Shown one piece after another: positions 18,599 to 27,137 of a stretch of 64,000 bases of DNA (its first letter is position 1; each line of letters starts with the position of its first letter). The notes beneath the pieces were generated by a model. It was not told the DNA's origin, made no database searches, and saw only the letters and a list, made by a program, of their open reading frames with translations. The stretch is from an uncultured Candidatus Peribacteria bacterium (lineage in GTDB: Bacteria; Patescibacteriota; Gracilibacteria; UBA1369). The stretch covers positions 1,060-65,059 of the forward strand of contig CAZUXI010000006.1 of NCBI GenBank assembly GCA_964624115.1. Reading direction: 5' to 3'. Position numbers and translations under genes: made by a program.

Positions 18599-19855
18599 AT
18601 GAAAAAAGAAGAAAAAAATCAAATGCCGTCGCGTGATGCAGGCAAAATTGGGGTAAGTAAGCTAGGTGTTGCTGCAATGGTTTTAAGCCTTACTCTTTTG
18701 ACAAATTTCGCTTTTGCTTCAATTGGTAGCACAAGTGTTTTAGTAGCCGCTGTTGAAACTCAGCAAACACAGCAGACCCAAATGGAAACTCAAATGACTC
18801 AACAAAGTCAAGAGACCCAGATGACTCAACAAACTCAGGAGACACAACAAACCCAAATGGAGACCCAGATGACTCAACAAACTCAGGAGACACAACAAAC
18901 CCAAATGGAAACCGAAGAAACCACCATGGAAGAACAAACAGAAACATCGCTTCCAGTGGTTGGATACTGTTCAGAATTGATGACGGCTCTTGGTAAAGTT
19001 GGTGTTGGCGATATGACGACCTATCAAACCCTTTGTCCAGAAGACAAACCGGTTGAAAACGTTTGCAGCAAATATGAAGAAATGAGTGATAAATATAATG
19101 CCGATCAAAAAGAAGCTTATGGTGACCTTTGTGTTAGTGTTGAAACCTATTCAAAAGAATCCACCTACTGTAAAGATCTTTGGGCAAATGTTCAAAAATA
19201 TACGAACAGCCAAGAAGGACAAGATTATGTTCTTGCGAAACAAAAATATACCCTCTACTGTGAAAAAATGATGCCAGTTATTGGCTTCGGTGATGCGGTT
19301 TTGGAAATGGGTGATGATACCGAAAACCCATTCAAAGATGTAAAACTTGAAACTCTTGAAGGAAAAGCGATTTTTGAGGTCTACCGCCGTGGTATTATTG
19401 CAGGTTATCCAGATGGAACTTTTGGCGGAGAAAAACCTGTTAACCGCGCTGAAGCGGCAAAATTCCTCCTCCTTGGTCGTTATGCTTCAGTCGAAGATAA
19501 AACATATAACAACACCTTCAAAGATGTTACCGGCTCTGAATGGTTTAAACGTTATGTGGTACGTGCAGCTGAACTCGGTGTGATTGCAGGTTATCCAGAT
19601 GGAACTTTTGTACCTGCACAAACTGTAAAAGTTGGTGAATTTACCAAAATGATTTCACTCGCTTTTGGTTTAAGCACTGACCTTCCATATGCTTATACTG
19701 ATGTAAAAACAACTGATTGGTACGCAAAATATGCTGGTGCTGCTGAGAAATACAAAATGTTCCCGAATTTCCCTGCAAAAATGCTCCAACCAGGAAAAGA
19801 ACTGACCCGAAATGAAGTTGCAGTTGCGATCTATCAAGTATTGGTAAACATGTAA
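18599..19855 (+). CDS. Secreted SLH-domain protein with a Gln/Thr/Met-rich tandem repeat
   Basis: Signal-like N-terminus, a TQQTQMETQMTQQ repeat, then SLH-like units (GYPDGTFGGEKPVNRAE, GYPDGTFVPAQTVKVGE). Confidence 0.75.
   Translation: MKKEEKNQMPSRDAGKIGVSKLGVAAMVLSLTLLTNFAFASIGSTSVLVAAVETQQTQQTQMETQMTQQSQETQMTQQTQETQQTQMETQMTQQTQETQQTQMETEETTMEEQTETSLPVVGYCSELMTALGKVGVGDMTTYQTLCPEDKPVENVCSKYEEMSDKYNADQKEAYGDLCVSVETYSKESTYCKDLWANVQKYTNSQEGQDYVLAKQKYTLYCEKMMPVIGFGDAVLEMGDDTENPFKDVKLETLEGKAIFEVYRRGIIAGYPDGTFGGEKPVNRAEAAKFLLLGRYASVEDKTYNNTFKDVTGSEWFKRYVVRAAELGVIAGYPDGTFVPAQTVKVGEFTKMISLAFGLSTDLPYAYTDVKTTDWYAKYAGAAEKYKMFPNFPAKMLQPGKELTRNEVAVAIYQVLVNM
18757..18910 (+). repeat. In-frame tandem repeat (48-nt unit)
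   Basis: 18815-18862 and 18863-18910 are near-identical (1 difference). More degenerate copies lie upstream. Confidence 0.85.
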
Positions 19856-19879
19856 TTCTTCATTCACGAAGAAAAAATC

Positions 19880-19911
19880 AAGCCCTTCCTTTGTCGGAAG
19901 GGCTTTTTTTT
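19880..19911 (+). terminator. Intrinsic terminator
   Basis: A perfect 10-bp stem, AAGCCCTTCC/GGAAGGGCTT, with a 6-nt loop and a T-run. Confidence 0.85.
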
Positions 19912-19919
19912 GGTATAAT
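19911..19919 (+). promoter_or_regulatory. Candidate extended -10 promoter element (TGGTATAAT)
   Basis: TGnTATAAT sits 24 nt upstream of ATG 19943. Confidence 0.4.
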
Positions 19920-19942
19920 ATCTGGATTATCTCTCAACGCGA

Positions 19943-20974
19943 ATGAATCTCATCAAAAAATCCGTGATTGTGTTAAGCCTAATGGTTCTTGTGCTTTCCA
20001 TCAATGCCCATGCGGTTTTGGCACAAACACCCGCTCAGTCGAATCAGACAAAACAGGTACTTTTTCTTCCGGGGTCATCTCAGTACGGTAATCTTCCGGC
20101 GCCCGTTTCAGGTGGTAGTGCCCAAGCGCAATTTGCTCAACTTGCCTATGGTGTGGTGAATAATGTCCGTTATGTTTTAGGTGCGCTCGCCATTGCCATG
20201 ATCATCTATTCAGGAATTCGTATGGTAACTGGCTGGGGAAATGATGACGTTTACACAAAACAAAGAACAAATCTTTTATGGGCGATTATCGGCCTCGCCG
20301 TGGTTGGTCTGGCCGGCGAACTTTCTCGAATACTTTTTGTAAGTTGTGGTCCGGGTGGATACACGCCACCAGGACAAACTGCCTTTACCTGTGAAGGGAA
20401 TTTCTTAAGCAGTCCAAATAATATCGTTCGTGCGAGTACTCTGTTCAGTCAACGAACTCAAATTATTATCACTTTTATCAAATATTTTATTGGTGGGGTC
20501 GCGGTGCTTATGCTCGTACGTAACAGTTTCCGTATGGTAACCATGGGCGGATCTGAAGACAAAATTGCACTCGATAAAAAGAACATCACGTACAACATCA
20601 TCGGATTAATCCTCATTATCGTTGCCGATAATGTTATTAATCAAGTGGTCTATAAACTTGATTCCACCCGTTACCCTTCAACGGGCGGTCCTCAACCGGC
20701 AATTGATGCGGCCCGAGGGGTACAAGAGCTGGTTGGCTTTACAAATCTCGTGGTAAGTATCGTCGGACCAGTTGCAATTATTTCGCTCGTGATTGGTGGT
20801 GTGATGTATATGACTGCAGCGGGAAAAGAGGAAACCATGGAAAAAGCCAAACGTCTCATCATTGCTTCTATCGTCGGAATTATCATTATTTATGGTGCAT
20901 TTGCCATTATTTCTACTTTTATTGCCGGAAACTTTAGCGGGCTCGAAGTCCCAAGTGATGTCACGGCCCAATAA
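19943..20974 (+). CDS. Membrane protein built from three tandem TrbC/VirB2-like (T4SS-pilin-like) hairpin modules, paralog 1
   Basis: Signal peptide (..SINAHAVLA), then three copies of TM, a short charged loop (GWGNDD / MGGSEDK / AAGKEETMEKAK), and a second TM. Confidence 0.6.
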   Translation: MNLIKKSVIVLSLMVLVLSINAHAVLAQTPAQSNQTKQVLFLPGSSQYGNLPAPVSGGSAQAQFAQLAYGVVNNVRYVLGALAIAMIIYSGIRMVTGWGNDDVYTKQRTNLLWAIIGLAVVGLAGELSRILFVSCGPGGYTPPGQTAFTCEGNFLSSPNNIVRASTLFSQRTQIIITFIKYFIGGVAVLMLVRNSFRMVTMGGSEDKIALDKKNITYNIIGLILIIVADNVINQVVYKLDSTRYPSTGGPQPAIDAARGVQELVGFTNLVVSIVGPVAIISLVIGGVMYMTAAGKEETMEKAKRLIIASIVGIIIIYGAFAIISTFIAGNFSGLEVPSDVTAQ

Positions 20975-21016
20975 CATGGAAGCTCCAAAGAAAGCAGTTT
21001 TACGAAAAACGAACCT

Positions 21017-22060
21017 ATGACCCAAAAAGTTACCAACATCTTGAGATCAATGATAAGTGTACTGGCCATCAGTGTGGTTATGTTTCAACTGACTTCAACG
21101 GTGACTTGGACAAATGCCTTGAGCGTTCCCACGGTAAAAGCACAAGCGGCCACCACAGTTGGTTCGGGTCTTGATGCTATTCGAAAAAACACGGGGCTTT
21201 CCGATTTTGATAGTCAGGGAATCGGTCACAGTAACTCTTCCTACGAGCCCGGGGCTTCCAACATTACCAGTGTAATCCTCTATGTGGTTGATCTTGCCCG
21301 TTACTTCCTTGGAACCGTGGCGGTACTGGTGATAATCATTTCAGGGGTGCGTTTGGTAACCACCACCAAAAATGTCGAAGATGTGGCTGAAAAACAAAAA
21401 GAAAATATCAAATATGCAGCCATTGGTTTAGTGGTGATTTTTATCTCTGAGGTCCTCGTTCGCCAGGTGTTTTACGGTGAAGCGGGGGAGGTAGTGAGCA
21501 GTCAAGCCAGCGCACAATTGGCGGCAGAACGTGGAACGGAACAACTCAGAGGTGTCTACTTCTTTGCCCAAGTATTTATTGGAGCGGTTTCAATTTTAAT
21601 GATCATTATTTCAGGAGTCATGATGGTTGCAAGTGGTGGGAACGAAGACCGAATTAAGAAAGCAAAAGATCAAATCATCTGGGCTGTAGCAGGAATCGTT
21701 TTAATTGGTCTCTCCGAACTGGTTATTAAAGATATCGTTTTCCCAGATCAAGGAACCAGACTTTCGGATGTGAACCGTTTTAGTCAGTTGACGGTACAAC
21801 TCACTAACTTTATTTCAAGCTTTATGGCCACCATCGCCATTGCACTGTTTATGTATGGTGGTTTTCTCTACGTTACGGGGGGACAAAACGAAGATAATAT
21901 TGGGAAAGCAAAAAAAGTTTTTACTGGAGCCGCAATCGGTTTAATCATTGCCATGGCTGCTTTTGGTATCGTGAATACCGTTATCAAATTTGAACCCCTT
22001 CCTGAAAACCCTACCACAACTCAAGAGGTTGGGACCGAAGAAACAAGTTTTGGGGTGTAA
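21017..22060 (+). CDS. Membrane protein built from three tandem TrbC/VirB2-like hairpin modules, paralog 2
   Basis: Same architecture as the upstream gene. Loops are TTTKNVEDVAEKQK, ASGGNEDRIKKAK and TGGQNEDNIGKAK. The third module begins TNFIS..., as in the next gene. Confidence 0.6.
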   Translation: MTQKVTNILRSMISVLAISVVMFQLTSTVTWTNALSVPTVKAQAATTVGSGLDAIRKNTGLSDFDSQGIGHSNSSYEPGASNITSVILYVVDLARYFLGTVAVLVIIISGVRLVTTTKNVEDVAEKQKENIKYAAIGLVVIFISEVLVRQVFYGEAGEVVSSQASAQLAAERGTEQLRGVYFFAQVFIGAVSILMIIISGVMMVASGGNEDRIKKAKDQIIWAVAGIVLIGLSELVIKDIVFPDQGTRLSDVNRFSQLTVQLTNFISSFMATIAIALFMYGGFLYVTGGQNEDNIGKAKKVFTGAAIGLIIAMAAFGIVNTVIKFEPLPENPTTTQEVGTEETSFGV

Positions 22061-22114
22061 ATTCAAAAACTCAAGCATCAACCATCAAATAAATTATAAA
22101 TTCCAAGGTATTTA

Positions 22115-22123
22115 TGCTATAAT
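22115..22123 (+). promoter_or_regulatory. Candidate extended -10 promoter element (TGCTATAAT)
   Basis: TGnTATAAT sits 26 nt upstream of ATG 22149. Confidence 0.35.
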
Positions 22124-22148
22124 AGCAAGATAAATTGCACCCTTTTCC

Positions 22149-25100
22149 ATGTCCACACTCAACAAAAACCAAAAAATGTCGACCATTCAAAAGAAATTTA
22201 CCTCAGGGATTCTTGTGACCCTCCTAAGCTTTTTTACCGTTTTTTCACTGAATTTTCATGGGAATATTGCTCATGCCGCACTCAGTGATGTGTTGAAAGG
22301 AAATGAAACATTGGGAGATTGGGCTCAAGGGGCAGGTGAAGATACCGTTGACTGTTTATTTGGTGGTGATTGTGGAAGTGGTTCCAAAGCTTCCACCAGT
22401 TTCACCGATTTCAAAGGTGGCATGACCGCACCAAGCAAAGAAGGATACAGCGAAGGACTTACGGCTTCAGATAATGCTCGGGATTTTATTTTAAACGTCA
22501 CCAACTTTATTCTCGGATTCCTAGGACTCCTCGCCGTTCTTATCATTATTTACGGTGGTTTTCTTTACATGACCGCAAATGGTGAACAGGATAAAGCAGA
22601 AAAGGGAAAGAAAAATATTACCTACGCTCTCGTTGGTATCATTATTATTCTCAGTTCATTTGCTCTTGTTTCCACCATTCTTCGGGCACCTACCGGAACC
22701 GACGAAAAGAAAGGTGCCGCTGAAGAACAGGTGACCGGAAGTGGTGTTCAAAAGAGCTTTAACCGACTCGCACTCCGTCTCCAAACCATGGCGAACGACA
22801 TTGTCAGCCTCTACCTATTTGAAGTAGAGGTGGCAACCGATTTTGCAAAAATTTCCACCAGCATCGATACCGCTTTTAATGAAATGTCTGCCTGTGCAGA
22901 AAGTGTAAAAGATGAAGATGCTCACGAAACTATGTGTGGTGATAACTGGGGTGATGGACTCAAACAAAAACTCGATACCTTTAAAGCAAATATTGATCAG
23001 GCGATTTCGCTCCTCAATAATATTCAACAAAAAATACCGGGCACAAATCTGACCTCACTCTCTAAAAAGGGTGAAGTAAAAGATTTAGCTGATGCTCTCA
23101 ATAATTATTGGATCGCTGCTATTGGTCGTGCTGAAGCAAAAGCGGCCGATGTTGGTTGTGATGACAAAGTAAGTTCAGAATGTCATGCGAGTGAAAATTC
23201 AGAAGTGTTTGCGGCTTTCCTCAATATGAAAGGACCGGGGAATGAGTTCGTTGGCATTGAAATCAAAAATCAATTGAGTGATTTGCAAGGAAGTATTACT
23301 GACTATTTCAAAGACACCATCAATCTTAAAAAAGCAGAACTCAAAGAGATTTACGATCAAGTATCTCCAGTCACGAACATTGCTGACACACAATTTGAAG
23401 CACTCGTGACATTAGCAAATTTGAAGGCAGAAAGTGGAATTGCTGACGACTGGGATGCTGCTGAGGGTTCATTAAAAAATCTGGTCGTTGCTTTTGAAAC
23501 TTATGCCAAAGCCAAAGGTGATGCGATGAAAACCACCAAAGATTCATTGGAAACACAACTTGCTACGGTCATTACGCAACTTTCAGAACTCTATAAAGTT
23601 CTCAAAGACATCCAATTTGTCGATACCCAACTCACCGCAAGTGTTGTTGAAGGGAACGCCCCACTGGTTGTAAATTTCAGCGCTATTGGTTCGTTAGATC
23701 CAACCGGGAAAACAATCCAAAATAATCAAATCGAATGGGATTTGGATGGAAACGGAACTGCAGGAGAAGGGCTTTTGAATAAAACAGGGAGTGATAAGGT
23801 GTTCCTCAATTGTAATGAAGGTGATAAAGCTGCTGTTGTCACAAATCCAAATCCAAATCCTGCTCAACAACAACCAGCATCAAATATCGACAAACAAAAC
23901 GTCAGCTGTACCTACAAAGCTGCAGGAACTTACCGGGTAAAACTTTTAATTAAATCCACCGATGCAAAAATCGGTGACGGTATTTCCACCGTCATCATTC
24001 AAGTCAATCCACCACAAAATAAAATTAACCTCAAACTCCTTCCGGGGAACGACACTCCAATCGACATTATTCAGTACAACCAAGACGGGTTCCTCATTAC
24101 CGATAAAGATGAAGTGACCGTACGTGCTTCCACAGCACTTAATCCAGGTATCACATTTGACGCCACCGCAACCCGTTCCAAAAACGACCTCCTCACTACT
24201 GAAGCCTCCGACGGCGCGAAAGTAAAATGGGACTATGGTGATGGTTCAAGTACAGACGACAACAAAAAAATCCTTGATGCGATTGCCGGAAATCTCAAAA
24301 AGACACATAAATATGAAAAAGCCGGAACGTATAACGTAAGCGTTGAAGTTACCGATAAAAACCGCATCATTGACCGGAAACTCTTTACCCTCAACGTACA
24401 AAATATTGCCGCTCAATTAAGTGTCAACAGTACAAATATCAAAGTAAACAATGAAGTTCGGTTTGACGGTTCCAGTTCCGTGAGTGATGGCGGAGAAATT
24501 TCTGCCTGGACCTGGGCACTCAGCCTGGTCGACCCACAAACCGGTAATCTCACTGCTGTAAACGACTTTAAAGCGAGCGAATTTGAAAATCAGGAAGAGG
24601 TAACTTACAACTTCAAGACATCAGGAAAATATCGCATGATGCTGACCATCACTGATAATCTTGGTCAGACCGACTCCGCGTCTGAAGATATTCTGGTGAC
24701 ATCCGAACCCCCCTCCTCACAGTTTAAAGTTACAACTCCAAGCGAAAAACAACCGGGGACAGTACTGGTTGATGGTTCAAGAAGTTACGATCCTGACAAC
24801 GCCAAAGCTGATCTGGTCTACGAATGGGAAATAAACGGTCAAAAAGTAACATCTCAAACTACTTCTGGGGTCGACTGGAAAATCGTTGATCTCGCCGCAT
24901 TCAACGAAAAAACAAATCAGTTCAAAGTAAAATTCTCAAAACCCGGAACCCAAACGATCACCCTTACGACCATTGATCCGAATGGGTATGGAAATGGCGT
25001 ACCACAACCTGGAAAAACCGTCGAAAAAGATATTACCATTGATAATGTACTTGATATCGATTGGGGCACCACCGACGAACCAACTGCTCAACTCAAACTT

Positions 25101-27128
25101 GATGACGCTTCAGGGCAGTACATTGCACCACTCACCGTCAATATCGTAAGTGAAAACGCCACTGACTATGAAGTCGACTTCGGTGATGGCACTGATGTTC
25201 AGGGCGGTGTTATGGACAGTAGTAACACGCAACCGGTCACCCATAACTATAAAGCGCCCGGAAACTACCTCGTCCGTGCGACCGTTTTTGATGAAGAAGA
25301 TAATGATAATGAAATCACACGAAAAGTATATGTCTCAGGTGCGGACACACCATTGGCGGTAGCCGGTATAAAAGTGAATGGTGAAGATATCGTGAGTGAT
25401 GGAGTGAACAGCATTAAAGTGAATCGCAAAGATGTCGTAACTTTCTACGCTTCAAAATCAAAGAATGTGGACGGAACCGGAAGGAGATTGTTATACAGTT
25501 GGGATTACGGTGTTGGGAAAAGTACCAAAGAGTCATTCACCAACACTTATAAAGATCTGGGTACCTATGATATTTCACTCAAAGTGACGAACGAAGCCGA
25601 TCAGAGCAAAACTTCGACGAATGGATTCACCCTTGAAGTGGTAGGGGAGGCACCTGATCTAAAAACTCTTACCGCTGTCCCAACCGGCAGCAGCTTAACC
25701 ACCCCGGTAACTGTCAATCTCACCGCGGTTGGTGCTGAAGATAAAGATGGTCAAATCACCCGCTATCGTTGGTGGTACTACGACCCCAACTTCAACACGG
25801 AAGAATTGGGGGTACAAGTATCAAACTCACCCAATGCCAGTGTGACAATCGGAACCCGTGGTGCCCAAGACGAGAAAAAAACATACAAATTTGCCGTAGC
25901 GATCACGGACGACGAAAACAACACCGTGAGCAGTGAAGACATCCTCGATGAAAATACCATACCGGAACTTGAAGTCGTCAACGGTCCAAACTCAGCTCCA
26001 GTAGCCAAGTTCAACGTCGATCGAACCAACATTATGGTTGGTGAATCCGTGAATTTCACCAGTGCATCCAGTGATCCAGATGGCACCATCAAAGCTTATT
26101 TCTGGGATTTTGAAGGCAACGGATTTTCTGATAACTCCAACTCGGAAGGTCCAAACTTGAGCCACACCTTTAACACTCCGGCCCGTGACGGTATTAAAGT
26201 TCGTTTAAAAGTTCGTGATAACAACGAATCTGAAGCCGTTTCTGATCCCATTACGATTTACGTTGATAGTACTTCACAACCACCGATCGCCGCCTTTACG
26301 ACCACAATCAACGACAAAACCGTTCAGTTCCAGGACAAATCTACCGCTGACGAAGGTCTCACCATCAGCAAATGGGCTTGGGATTTTGACACCAGTAAAG
26401 ACTCAAACGGGGACGGAACCAAAGATAATGACCTCGAGAGTACCAACCAAAATCCTACCCATACCTACGAAAACTACAGCACCTACTTTGCCCAACTCAC
26501 CGTTACCGATGATGAAGGAAATTCAGCAAAAGTAAAAAACCTTTTCTTGATCAAAAATCCCGTGACCCCAAAACCTGCCGCTCCGACCACCCAGCAAACT
26601 CAACCAAAACCCGCCGCTCCAACGACACAACAAACCCAACCAAAACCGGCGACTCCACCCCTTGATGCCCGCTTGATCACTACTCCGGCCCCAAGTTACA
26701 GCGACGGAAAAATTCATCTCAAAGGTACAAGTGCGAAAGTTCTTCTGGATTTCAGTACCTCCACCGGAAAAATCACGAAATATATCATCGATAAAAATGC
26801 AAACTTTGACACAAACGGAAACGCAGTAAAAGATGACGATGAAGATTTTACCGCAACCAAACCGGGGAGCTGGGAAACCGATTATTTTTCAGAATACGGA
26901 AAAATACGAGTTCGCCTGACCGTGATTGATGAAACCGGAAAAAAAGATTTTGTTGAACGTGAAATCATCTTTGATGATGCCAAACCTGCTCCGAACGCTT
27001 CAGGACTTCAAGCCAATCTTCTGGGAACAGGCCCCGAGGGGGTGAACGATATTTTTGCAGTCATTGTCAGCATCTTTGGACTTGGTGTAATGTATACCAG
27101 CCTTCGAAAACTCAAAAATCAAAAATAA
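22149..27128 (+). CDS. Giant envelope protein (1659 aa): signal peptide, one pilin-like hairpin module, a helical region, about 10 PKD-like domains, and a C-terminal TM with a basic tail
   Basis: The N-terminal module TNFILGFLGLLAVLIIIYGGFLYMTANGEQDKAEKGKK...IIILSSFAL is homologous to module 3 of the two upstream genes. PKD signatures recur (W.(W/F/Y)D(F/Y)GDG ... Y...G.Y.V.L.V.D). The C-terminus reads GTGPEGVNDIFAVIVSIFGLGVMYTSLRKLKNQK. Confidence 0.8.
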   Translation: MSTLNKNQKMSTIQKKFTSGILVTLLSFFTVFSLNFHGNIAHAALSDVLKGNETLGDWAQGAGEDTVDCLFGGDCGSGSKASTSFTDFKGGMTAPSKEGYSEGLTASDNARDFILNVTNFILGFLGLLAVLIIIYGGFLYMTANGEQDKAEKGKKNITYALVGIIIILSSFALVSTILRAPTGTDEKKGAAEEQVTGSGVQKSFNRLALRLQTMANDIVSLYLFEVEVATDFAKISTSIDTAFNEMSACAESVKDEDAHETMCGDNWGDGLKQKLDTFKANIDQAISLLNNIQQKIPGTNLTSLSKKGEVKDLADALNNYWIAAIGRAEAKAADVGCDDKVSSECHASENSEVFAAFLNMKGPGNEFVGIEIKNQLSDLQGSITDYFKDTINLKKAELKEIYDQVSPVTNIADTQFEALVTLANLKAESGIADDWDAAEGSLKNLVVAFETYAKAKGDAMKTTKDSLETQLATVITQLSELYKVLKDIQFVDTQLTASVVEGNAPLVVNFSAIGSLDPTGKTIQNNQIEWDLDGNGTAGEGLLNKTGSDKVFLNCNEGDKAAVVTNPNPNPAQQQPASNIDKQNVSCTYKAAGTYRVKLLIKSTDAKIGDGISTVIIQVNPPQNKINLKLLPGNDTPIDIIQYNQDGFLITDKDEVTVRASTALNPGITFDATATRSKNDLLTTEASDGAKVKWDYGDGSSTDDNKKILDAIAGNLKKTHKYEKAGTYNVSVEVTDKNRIIDRKLFTLNVQNIAAQLSVNSTNIKVNNEVRFDGSSSVSDGGEISAWTWALSLVDPQTGNLTAVNDFKASEFENQEEVTYNFKTSGKYRMMLTITDNLGQTDSASEDILVTSEPPSSQFKVTTPSEKQPGTVLVDGSRSYDPDNAKADLVYEWEINGQKVTSQTTSGVDWKIVDLAAFNEKTNQFKVKFSKPGTQTITLTTIDPNGYGNGVPQPGKTVEKDITIDNVLDIDWGTTDEPTAQLKLDDASGQYIAPLTVNIVSENATDYEVDFGDGTDVQGGVMDSSNTQPVTHNYKAPGNYLVRATVFDEEDNDNEITRKVYVSGADTPLAVAGIKVNGEDIVSDGVNSIKVNRKDVVTFYASKSKNVDGTGRRLLYSWDYGVGKSTKESFTNTYKDLGTYDISLKVTNEADQSKTSTNGFTLEVVGEAPDLKTLTAVPTGSSLTTPVTVNLTAVGAEDKDGQITRYRWWYYDPNFNTEELGVQVSNSPNASVTIGTRGAQDEKKTYKFAVAITDDENNTVSSEDILDENTIPELEVVNGPNSAPVAKFNVDRTNIMVGESVNFTSASSDPDGTIKAYFWDFEGNGFSDNSNSEGPNLSHTFNTPARDGIKVRLKVRDNNESEAVSDPITIYVDSTSQPPIAAFTTTINDKTVQFQDKSTADEGLTISKWAWDFDTSKDSNGDGTKDNDLESTNQNPTHTYENYSTYFAQLTVTDDEGNSAKVKNLFLIKNPVTPKPAAPTTQQTQPKPAAPTTQQTQPKPATPPLDARLITTPAPSYSDGKIHLKGTSAKVLLDFSTSTGKITKYIIDKNANFDTNGNAVKDDDEDFTATKPGSWETDYFSEYGKIRVRLTVIDETGKKDFVEREIIFDDAKPAPNASGLQANLLGTGPEGVNDIFAVIVSIFGLGVMYTSLRKLKNQK
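26568..26659 (+). repeat. In-frame 36-nt tandem repeat (PKPAAPTTQQTQ, about 2.5 copies)
   Basis: Units at 26568-26603 and 26604-26639, plus a partial third unit. Confidence 0.8.
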
Positions 27129-27137
27129 ATTGCCACT

